Below, piece by piece: positions 12,137 through 23,500 of a stretch of 64,000 nucleotides of DNA. The position numbers and the translations under genes are program-made. Under the pieces are notes generated by a model. That model searched no databases. It worked only from the letters and a program-made list of their open reading frames with translations, and had not been told where the DNA came from. The DNA is from Thalia democratica (lineage: Eukaryota). The stretch is from positions 42,408,001 through 42,472,000 of the forward strand of contig OZ241833.1 of assembly GCA_965202585.1 (NCBI GenBank), read 5' to 3'. The first letter of the stretch is position 1. Every line of letters starts with the position of its first letter.

Positions 12137-14849
12137 TCACAATGCGCTCTTAGCATGCTTCTTGTTCTTAGGCTTCCTGGTGAAGAATATGAGTATCTTG
12201 GACCCCTTCCTGACGTGGGGATGCACCTTCCGGTACCACTTCTTGGGCGTGCTCTCCAGCAGGTGGCGTATCTCGTCCCTGAGCAGCCGGACGCGACGGA
12301 CGTACTCGAAGTAGCCTATGGGCTGCGGTTTCTTTCGCTGCATGTGCCTTCGGACTCCTAAAATTTTTATAAATATTGAGTTTTTAAATCGTTACAAAAA
12401 GACTTTGTTTTCTAATAACTTTAACAAACTTTACTGAATTTTCTTTTGTTGTTTTCTATCGAGAAGGTTAGCGATTTTTTGCCTTAGTTAAAAATAGAAG
12501 AGCAATAATTAAATTCAATTTTACCTTATTAACCTTAAGATTTTCATTTAAAACCATTAAAAGAATCACAAAAGTATTAAACGTTAAGTTTGTGCTATGT
12601 TTTTTATTTTATTTACTCTGTAGTTATTTGTATTAACTAAAAAAGATTATTCAATTTACTGAAATGTAAAGAGATTATTAAAATAAAGATGTGCAAATCA
12701 AATATTTTGTTTACTACAAAGTTTCGGTGGCAAAAAAAATGCGACCTTTTCAGGTTTAATAATATAATAATATAATGTTATAACAAGTTTACTATTTTAC
12801 TATAATTGAAAATGTCGCATTTTTTTTGCCACCGAGACCTGGTAGTAAATAAAACATTTAACTTTCACATCTTTATTTATATTTTATTTAATTAGAAAAA
12901 ACGATCAACCAACCAAACACTGATTTCTTCTCTCTTTGCTCCTTCTTCTTATTTTTCTCCTTCCTCCGCTTTTTCCCCTTCTTCCCCTTCCTCCGCTTCC
13001 TCCTCTTGCCTCCCTTCTCCCTCCGCCTGGTCATCCTCGTCCTCAGCAACAGGTTGAAGGGGGTGGGGCTGCGCGGGTCGTGGGAGAAGATGAGCATGTT
13101 CTGCATGTCCCTGGTGCGGTTCACGAAAACGCCCAGTTTCGTCTCCACGCTGCGCTGGCAACCGTGATGCTTGACACGCATGAGCGATTTCGGTGATGAT
13201 GTTCCGTGCTTCTCGATCTTTGTGGATCTTCTGTTCGGATAAATAAATGTTTAATAAATAAGAACTCTTGTAGCAACTAGTATTTCTGTCCTGTACCTAA
13301 TTTTTGCAAGAACAAACTTGTCTTTTTATATTGATTTTTACGAAATAAAATTAAGGTTTTTGCGAAGCCCTTGAACTGCATGCACTGCTTTGAATATTAG
13401 CTTTATTTGTTTAACAACTTTTAGACTACCCAGAACAAAATTGTATGCGGCTGCTGTTTATTTTACTTATATGCTGTATTTACTTGTTAAGAAAAACTTA
13501 TTGCCATCAAAGATCTCCTGTTTGGAAATATTTTGTTGGTATTCGATAAAAATATTGTTGAAGTGTTATATTGTGAAAGGGTTCGTCAAACCGCGGCTCG
13601 CAAAGCGAAAACCTGCTCGAAGTAGTTTTTTGGATTAGTACAAATTTTTAGTTACTTTAATTTTACTTATTTGTGGGTGCCTCACCTTTCTCTAGATTTT
13701 TTGATCGTATTGTTTTTTTTGAACCAGAGCAAAAATTATAAAAATAAATTTTGACAGAAGAGGGCTGTAACGTCTTCCACGATTTAAAAAAGGTAATAAT
13801 GCTGCATAAAGATCTAGGTTTATTTATTTTGTTGTATACGTAATAAAGTTGTTAGGTATACAAAAAAAATATAAATAAAATTAACAGTTTCCCGATCTGA
13901 GGTTACAAACAAGTTAAATTAAAAGGCGTCCATAGGTTTTGATTATTAAAAGAGAACTGTTCTACTAACTTTTATTTCAACAGTACGTTTATTTTCATAA
14001 AAAACTAGAGCCATTAACCTAATGAAAAATACTTGACGGCTTCAGCGAAAGCATTAAAACCGCTAATACTGTTTTTGATTTAATTTTTTTTCATAAGATT
14101 TTTAACTAATGTAAAAAAATCATAGCTAAATGAAACTTGATGTAACTGTCACTTATGCTAGTCGTTTACAATTATCCAGAAAACTAATTGTAAAAGAAGT
14201 TATTGATACTCTACTTTTATTGTTTTATAATTTTGCAGCTTTTAAAAAACTAAAAATTTAGAGTCAAGTAGTCGTATAACTCAAAACCGTTGATCCACTA
14301 AACTTTATACAAAATTTAACTCTATACTTTAAACTTATTCAAAGTTCAAATAACGTTTGTATGTTCTTTTTGTTCACCGTAGCTTATATGTTCATAATTA
14401 ACTGTAAAACTTCTATTTCTTACTAATGCCGTTATATATCTGAAAAATAAACTTTTGTCAGCATTAAGAAAGTACTAATCACTTTTGTATGAGTTTTCCT
14501 TTTTAATATTCACTTTGCTTCGAGTTATGGATTTTTAAAAATGTTAAAATTTGATAAAATACTGTAAAAATTTATAACTTGAACTAAATGATCACGTTCA
14601 AAGCACTTAGTGAGCAAGTTTTACTAGTGAAAAGAATTATATCGAGAAAATATAAACTAACGTTGGTCTATCGGAAGGAAATGTTGTACCAGTGACATTT
14701 TCCAAACTATTTGCTTTATTCAGGTTTGTTATTTTGATTGTTCCAACTAAACTCACCGGTTTCTTTGACTTAGTTGTGTTCTTTAAAGCTACACAGTTGC
14801 TAGCAACTAGTGTTAAAGTCACAACTATAAGAAATGTTAGCTGTGCCAT
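12137..14849 (-). CDS. 241-aa predicted secreted, highly basic (Lys/Arg-rich) protein of unknown family
   Basis: Exons 14849-14662 (MAQLTFLIVVTLTLVASNCVA... hydrophobic signal peptide; donor GTTAGT, phase 2), 13230-12914 (phase 2 to 1, GC3-rich; ...TRRREKGGKRRKRRKGKKGKKRRKEKNKKKEQREKKSVF; donor GTTGGT) and 12357-12137 (GVRRHMQRKKPQPIGYFEYVRRVRLLRDEIRHLLE...KHAKSAL*). Total 726 nt, open throughout. Confidence 0.8.
12680..12880. repeat. Foldback inverted repeat (arms about 70 bp) in intron 2 of the basic-protein gene
   Basis: AAATAAAGATGTG..AAATATTTTGTTTACTACAAAGTTTCGGTGGCAAAAAAAATGCGAC is mirrored by GTCGCATTTTTTTTGCCACCGAGACCTGGTAGTAAATAAAACATTT..CACATCTTTATTT. Confidence 0.8.
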
Positions 14850-15669
14850 TTTACTCTTCTGTAAAATATAGTTTGTTCAAGTGAATTTCTTTGTTTTATA
14901 AAATTTACTAATATTTATAGTTTTTATGGGTTTATCTTATTAACATACTCAACTTATATTTTTAATGCTTAAAAGATATTGGTATATACGTAATAACTTT
15001 GATTTAAGAGTTAGTTGTATAATTGTAAAAATAGCGATATAACTGTATTCAAAAAAACAGTTAAAACATTAAAAAGTGTAGTATTGTACTCAAAACTCTC
15101 CCAAAGATTTATTCTAAATACGTATATTTTTATAAAACAAAATTCTGACACGTATTTTATTTATTATATATCATTTATTTTATAGTAAATGAAATTGTTA
15201 GAAAAAATATAAAATTTTAAGAAATACTCATTAGTATTTTTCGACTTGTAATTAAAAAGTATTCCGTACTATATAACTACTGATTTTTTTAATGAATCCT
15301 TGAATATTTAAACAAGCTTAAAGTTTTATCGAAACTGATTTTGTATAATTTTTTGATAATATATTTTTATTTACCAAGAGTTTGCGTTGAAGTTAAGTAG
15401 AATTTTATTGAGTTACAATCTAGTTATAACTGCTTCTACTTTAACTGCTTATAGTTTTATCATAAAAAAAAACAACTATTGAATGAAAATCCTACTCAAA
15501 AACTCTTTATAAAATTTACATCTTTACAACTAGTTATTTTAGAAGTTTCAACAATGAAACTTCAACCACAACTTTAAACAATTTTTATCCAAAAATTATT
15601 TTTTGTGCTAGCTGACTACCTCGGTCGATACCAAACGCGACTGAATCCAAAAACCAAAACATTCTTCTA

Positions 15670-15845
15670 ACATTTACTGTTACGTCACAGTGAAAAAAAA
15701 ATGGGGCGTAAAAAAAGGGGGCGGATTTGTATCTGATTACAGACGTCTCTTATCACTTGAGCGGCGGTTGCCTAGCAACTGAGGGGTGCGAAGTGATTTA
15801 GGTAACACCCCGACAACGGATTAACTCTCGTTGCTAAGCAACAGT
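15670..15845. promoter_or_regulatory. CpG-rich promoter-like region with two RFX X-box palindromes, GC-box-like motifs and a CRE-like site
   Basis: GTTGCCTAGCAAC (15767-15779), GTTGCTAAGCAAC (15830-15842), GGGGCG motifs near 15703 and 15717, TTACGTCA near 15680. It lies between the divergent 5' ends of the basic-protein gene and the MFS gene. Confidence 0.55.
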
Positions 15846-17520
15846 GGGAAACGGACCACCTCATTTTCACACTTCTTAATTTTTCTTGTTAATTGGTTTG
15901 AGCTTATTCTGTCATCGAAGCTTTAAACTACACGTTTCAAAACTTCGGAGAAAAGTAAACTTGGAACTTTTGTATAGAAATTTTTACATTGCTCGATGTG
16001 TTGTATAACATTTGTTTGAATTAAATAAATAAGTACTTTTTCAAATCAACAGCTTTTTATATGTTGTGACGTTTTTTTTTTTCAAAGAATGTTAAGTTAA
16101 GCCAGTTTTGTCCTCTTAAAACTGTTTGCTCTTGTAAATCTTTGTTTTTTTAAGAAACTTTTTTGTTGATCAACTAAGTTTTAATGAATATTACTTAGAA
16201 CTTTTGAAAACTGCTAAAAAAGTTACGTAAATTTATTCATTTCATCTTTTTTTAATAACTGTACAATGTTAATTGTTTTATATAACATTTCTTATAATTA
16301 AGTTTTTTTCTCAAATTTGTAATCTTGTAAACAACGTGACTATTTTATTTTTTCAAAGCTTTGAACGAACTTAAATTAAATTTAGGCAGTTTTATCCGCT
16401 AAACATTGTTTACAAACCTTAATTTTATCTTCTTCAAAGTAGCTTTAAATTTGCTTTACTAATTTATTACGAGTATTGAATATCTGCTTTAAATAGCATT
16501 ACAAAGCTCACTTGATTTTTTTTGTTGTTTGGTCCAAAAATATAAATGTATAAAAGCTTACATTGAATATAATAAAATATATTTTGAAAATGAGATGCTT
16601 CGCTGGGTAAAATAAAAATTTTTAAAGGTGTTTTGTAATACATTTTAGCCTACTAATTTAAACATGTATAAATTTATATAAAACATATTAAAATGTTTTT
16701 TTTTTTCAGTTTTACACGCTTACAACACTTAAAAGCGTTAGTTTGTAAAGGTTAGTTAAATTTACTAAAAAGTTCATATTTGACAATTGTTAGAAACTTG
16801 AAACTACTGCTTTCATTTTTTAGTATCATATCAACTATTGTTGAGTATAAAATAACCTTATTCAAATAAGTACAACATTTTATTTAGCATTGTTAGGTAG
16901 AGTTTGTGTGTATTAAAAAAAAATACTTTCGCTTTTTATTTTTAAGCACGTTTGTTTTAAAACAAACGTTTTGAGCTAATTAGTGCAAGTTGTCTTTATT
17001 GTTGTTGTAAGCACTTGTACGCGCCTGAGACACTTTGAAGGGATTATGTTTGCAAGCTTAAATAGTTTCAAGTTTTTCCATAGAAATAGAAAACGTCTTG
17101 CAATTGAAAACAAAATGTTTTTTAAGCCCTAAAAATTAAGTAAGTCTTCTTTAAAGTTTACATACCAATAAAATATTTACATTCAAGTTGATTTATATGT
17201 GTTAATGAGACTAAGTAAAACTATGTGATAAAAATAAATCAAGTTAGATTATTAAAATTCAAATAGCAATGCGTTAAAATTGCGTTTAATATTCGGAGAC
17301 TTTTTTCGAGTAAACATGTAAAAAAGTGTTATAGGTAATAATACAAAAACAATAGCTGTTGTTTGTTTATGCAAAAAAAAAAAACATTTAACGTTTTAGT
17401 TTAAAGCTTTTTTATCTTGTTAAAACATAAAAACGGTTTATGAGTTGTTAAGAATTTTATTGACTTGATAAAACTTGTGTACTAAGAATATATTCAAAGC
17501 TACTAAAAGGAACTGTTACA

Positions 17521-17571
17521 AAAACAGAATAAAAACTGAATAAAAACTGAATAAAAACCGAATAAAAATTG
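17521..17571. repeat. 11-bp minisatellite (AAAACTGAATA) x about 4.5
   Basis: Directly visible tandem copies. Confidence 0.85.
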
Positions 17572-20500
17572 ACCGCACGTAGTGACTTGTTAAATCACAA
17601 TTCAGCTGTTTTGTGGTTACCTTATATCAAATCGATTGTGCTTAATCGCATTACCGTAACTATTTAACCAGTTTTGTTTAATATTGTTTATTATTTGTTA
17701 TTTTGTAGTTCAGTTTTTTAATCTTAGAAAAAGTTTTAAAACTAAATATACAAAACAAGAAGCCTTTTTTATGTGTTTAGTTTAAGGTTAATAAAAGTAA
17801 GCTTTAATTTTACAAAACATTCTAGTACAGTAAACATACTTATTTAATCAATTAATTTAAAAGATAAACTGGTGCAAAATGTTGAGAAATTGTTAAACTT
17901 AACTTTTTTCACCAGATAAAAATAGAACTAAAATAAAAATTTTCTTTTTTTTTGTTTGCAAATATCACTTACAAATTCTTTATTTTGTTTTAAAATAAAA
18001 ATCTTTTTAACGTTTAACATAAGTATATGCATAAACAATCTATTGTGATGTTTATTTTAATAAATATAAAAATCTTGTATAGAAAATTTCATAAAGTCTA
18101 ATAATTATGCTTTCGTTTTTGTTTAAGATAGTTTTACTTTAGTCGAATAACTACATTTAAAATATTTAAGTGTAGTCAAAAATCGAACAAATTAGTACTT
18201 AAATTACTTTGTCAAGAATGTAAAACAAAGTAATTTTAGAAACACGAGCTAAACAACAAAACAATACAGAGTGACATTTTTTTAAGACAAAACTTTCAAA
18301 AAATTAAAGGGTCAACATTTAATTTAAAACTTCGTAAGCCAATATACAAAAAGAATGTAAAAGTAGCTGTAAAAATGTTTTGAAACCGTAAAAAAAAGTT
18401 TCGTATACGGAAGTGAAGATTTTTTAGAAGTACGAACATTTTTTTTTTATGAAAAAGTTTTTAAATATCAAAGTATGTTTACTTTCGCGTTTCTTAATTA
18501 ACATTTCAAGCATAAAATAAATTGTTTTACGTAATAAATTAACATAAAAAAAAATAAATTTTATTAATTATGGTCATAATTTATTTTGTTATTTTTTTTA
18601 CGGAAAAGTTGTTTTTATTTTTTTTTTCTCACAAAAAAATTACAATTTATAGCCAATAATACTTTTAAGTTGTAAAGTGAGATAGTTTTACTTTCACAGT
18701 TTACTCTTAACCCAAAAGTTTTTATAAATACTTGAAGAGGTTTGAGCTAGTTCTGATTTTATTGTATTAGTTACGTTTAAAACCAACACTTTTATTTTTA
18801 CATTTTTAGTGTTAACTTGTACAACTACTACAAAGTCTTTTGACACATGACACTTTACAAAATTAGGTGGTTTTTGTTGACAAATATAAAGTTTAAAAAG
18901 CACTAAAAAGAACAATTGATCGAGACTTAAAAAAGCTGTTTTTGGCTGAACTAGTAACTTTTTTGTATTAAAAGTTAAGTGAAAAGTTGTGAAAAACTTA
19001 TATAAGTTCTTTCAAGATGTTTTAAAAAATTAGTAAAAGTGATAAACTGAAGTTAGATTAAATAATTATTTCTTATTTTAAAACTAAAGTTTTTAAAACT
19101 AAATTTTGAACAAAAATTTAATGATTATAAAATTTAAAATTTGTGAACACAGCTTTGTAAGTAGTTTAGCCTATACTTGTAATTTATCAAAATTTATAGT
19201 GAAAATAGAAGATAATGTAGAAGCTACACTTTAATTAGAAAATTATGTCTAACGAAACTTTTTGCACACAATGAAATTGACATTTGATTTATTGAAAAAT
19301 TTCCGTTTTTACGAGGTTTGCGCATTCGATTAAAGTAAGATCAAACTTTTTATACAAAGTTAAGAAATACGTTACCAGTATAACTTGTATATAAATTAGT
19401 GAGTTTTTCATGTTAAAAGACATAACAGTACAATAGTAATAAACTATTTATACAAGTATTTATTAAAGTTATATGATAAACAAATATTGTATTTATAGTT
19501 GGTGTAGTATTATTAAATAATAAATATTAAGCTTAAAAAAAGTAATAACAATCGTAAGACAAACTTATTAGCTCAAAAACTATAACAACAAAATAACAAA
19601 TTGTTTATAATACTTTTAAATACTTTCCATTAATGAGTTTACAAGACAAGATAACGTTTAATTAGTTTAAGTTTTTATGATTATTGTAAATAACAGTTTT
19701 AAACAAGAATACTTGAATTACTTTGAAAAATAAATATAAGATGTGCTCGAATTTTATTAGTTTAACAAAAAGTTATAACCTTTTATTACCAAAATTGTTT
19801 AATATATAGAACAGCAATAAATAAAAATTACCATGACTGAGTTTGCTATTACATTTTACTTTGTTTTTAGTTTTCCTAAATAACCTTGTATTCTATATAC
19901 TTCGCAATTTCTGTTTTTCAATACTGCAGCAATAGAGTCAATGAATTTATATTAGTAGATGCAATGACAAACCAAATTAATTTAAATTAATATGCATTGT
20001 ACGTTTACAGCTTTGAAATTTTTATGTTAAATTGGATTACGTATATAGAGTTTAGGTTTGATTAAATTTTAGAGACATATTTCTTTTAAGTATATATGCT
20101 AAAATTTGAAAATTTGTAGTTAGATTTAATAGATAGACAGAGCTTGCTTCTACAATAAAAGATTTTGTTAAGTTTTTTGTTAAATTATTTTAATTTGAAT
20201 TTTTAGTAAAAGTTTATACAATCTGTTTTCGAAGTATTTAATTAAAGTTGTTAATTAAGTTTACTTTATTTTCAGTTCGTTTTTCTAATACGTAGATGAG
20301 TATCTGTAATTTTGTTAGGAAAATTTATCAATAGCTAATCTAATTAAATAGTTATAAGACTGAGTTAAACTTAAAGTTATTTAAAAGTATTGAAATTGTT
20401 TAAATAATTATAACATTTTAAACGAATACCTTTTTAATAATACCAGCAATCTAAAATGCTTTGTGAAAACAGTTGCAAAAAATCTGTTAAATTAACACAT

Positions 20501-23500
20501 TTGTGTTTCTACGTAAAAGTGTTGTTAAGCCTTATATAAGTTTAAGAAAAAATAATATTTAAAGTAGCTTTTTTGACAAATTTGTTTGGTTGTAAACAAT
20601 TTAATATGTAGAAAACATAACAGTAAGTAAAATTAAATCACATCTTTCAAACTTGACTTAAATAAATATCAATAAAGCTTATTATCAAAAGTATCAAACC
20701 ATTAGTACAGATTGAAAGTTATAAAATTTCGTTGGATATGAACATTTCTATTATTTTGTAACCAACGCCTTAACATTATTTATAAAAAATTATTACTCAT
20801 AATACGTCTTATATTTAAATTTTTTTTATCATTGTTATTGCAAGTTAAAAGTTTTAAAACGAGTTATTAATCAACGTTTAAAGCTAATCAACAATTTTTT
20901 TTCGCGTACATTTATTTCAACTTGTTTACATAATAATAGGATTATATATTCTTTAGATAAAAATTTAAAAGTCTTCTAAATTTCTAACAGACTAATAATA
21001 TATATTTATCTTATTATATATGTTTATACCAGATTAGCCAGATTTATATTAAGAAACAACAAGTACAAAATTTATGAGAGCTTTTTCCAAAATACATAAA
21101 AAACGTTGACAATTAAATGAGTTTGTATTATTTTTAGCTGGCTTTAGTTCTTTTTAAAACAAATTAAAACGAGTTGAGTTTTAGCTTAAAAACAGGAAAC
21201 AATACCAATATAAAAACAAACCAAACTTGTAGTTTATTTTACATCAAATCAGTTTTTCAAACGAACAGGCGACCAGCAAAAATGACCAATTAAAAAACCA
21301 ATTCAAATTTACTTTTAGCAAAATTTTCAAAACAAAAGCTATAAAAGTGATTTTCGTTACATATTTAATTTAAAATTTTTAACTTAGATCTTTTGATTCA
21401 TTTTAACAATAGTTTTATTTTTGTAAAAATGATAAACTTAAACATTTTTTGTTAAAAAATTATTATTCTGCCCCTTTTTTTTTAAACTTAAAATTTTGAA
21501 GTTAACTATTTAAAGTGTTTTTTTTTGTGTAACGTATGGTTAATTTATACTGTATGAATTTAATTGTTTGTTTTCTGAGATGTTTATATCAACACAACTT
21601 TGTTAAAAAAAAATTGCTGATTTGAAAACTTGTAAGTTATAATTTAGAAAAATTTGTTCATATAATATTTAAAAAAAATAAAATACAACAAATAGCACTT
21701 AAAACCTATTTTCAATTATTAGAAAGAAAAACTGTTGAGCTTTAAGTATTAGTTTTACATTTATTTTATTTAAAAAAATAATACTTTTCATTTATAATAG
21801 CTGCAAAAGACTTTATATAAATAAAACATAAAGAATTTCAAACTAATAATCATTATGTAACATTAGACAAAATACAAACTCAACAATTTAAGCGAGCATT
21901 TTAAACTTTACGCAAATGTTGGTAACATATCCTAGTATTAATTATTTGCTTGCCTTATTGATTTTAGTTGTCGATAAAAGTTTGAATTGTTGTTAGAAAG
22001 TACGTTGATCAAGATTTGTTAAAAATAATTTTCAGTCTAGAAATAGTAAGATATTTTAACGCACTAGAATAAAAGAAAAGTTGTTTAATTATGCTTGTTA
22101 AAAGAAATCAGTCTGAGAAAAACTTTACCTCAAAGAATTTTAAGTTTAAGATACATTTTAAGTTCCAAAAACAAATACTAAATATTAGTCCTTGTTAGTT
22201 TATTTTGTTATCAGTAGTATAACTAGTTTAGTTGTAATTAGCTTATTAGTTTTTTTTTATGTTTACTACTACGGTATCGATAACTAAACAAAACAATAAG
22301 GGTAGTAAGCAAAATTATTAATATTAAAATTATAATTTTTGTATCATTCAAATGCTTTTTTTTTGACAAGTTTAAAGCTTAAGTGCTTTGATGAAAAAAG
22401 TAACTTGGTATAAATTTGTTGCCAAAAGTAAATAAAACTATAAAAAAAAAAAAATAGACTAACAATAGAATTTTTTTAGTTATTAAAAAACTTTGAACTT
22501 TTATGTTTGTTAGTAATACTTTTAATACAATAATTTAATATTAAGTTTTAGAGATATCGATATAAATAACATAAGAAATAAGTTATGGATTGGTTTTTGT
22601 TAAAAATTTTTAATCGAATTAGTGATGTTTTGAAATTGAATTCAATTATTTTAGACTACTAAAAGTACTTTGTCAATGCTGTTATATGTTTTATCATCCT
22701 TAATAATCGGAAAACACTTTTGAATTGGTTGCTAAAGTTATAAACTACAAACAACTAAAGAAAAGTTTAAATAAATGCATAACTTTAAACCTAACACAAA
22801 ATTGGGTTTAAAGTGAAAGATAAAAGTATTTTCTTAAATTTTTTATAATATTTTTTTAAAATCATGCAGTGTTTGTTTTTTAGTTTGAAGTTTAGTAAAA
22901 AAAATTGCTTGGTTACAAGCTTGTTTAACAAAATGTGTTTTTAAAACTTTTATTGCACTTTGTTGTAGAGTTTTAAATGTTTTTAAAAGTTGAAATTTTA
23001 TTGTTTTGTTTTGGTTTTGTTGCAAAAGTTTAGTCAGTGTTAGTGTTTCAAGTTAAAGCCTTAAATTTTATATATAACTATTATGAAGTTTTTTGCTTAA
23101 AATGTATATAAAAAAATCTTCAAATTAAAATTTTACACTTGTTTTGTAAATATCTAAATTAGTTTGTTTTACAAAGCATCAAATGCTACTTTTATTTCAG
23201 GGTCTAAATGTAATTATTTTTTACATGGATTTTTATGCTATTAGTAACCGGTATACTTTGAGGTTTTAGGCAAAAAACATTTATTGGGTTGGCAAATACA
23301 CTCTGTAACCACATGTTCGAAATTTTAACTTCTATACATAAACAGTCAAGAGCTAAATATAATTGTTGAGTGTATAGGTGTGTGAGAAAAAAAAAAATAA
23401 ATTTTGCAAAACAAAAAAAAGCAAGCATTTGAAAACTTTAGCAAACAAACTTTTTTTTTTAACTTAGACCGCATATTTGTCGATTGACGTTTAACATTGT

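Noticed and set aside
11867-13196. Plus-strand ORFs 11867-12361 and 12936-13196
   Set aside because: Antisense to exons of the basic-protein gene; codon bias and splice sites favour the minus strand.
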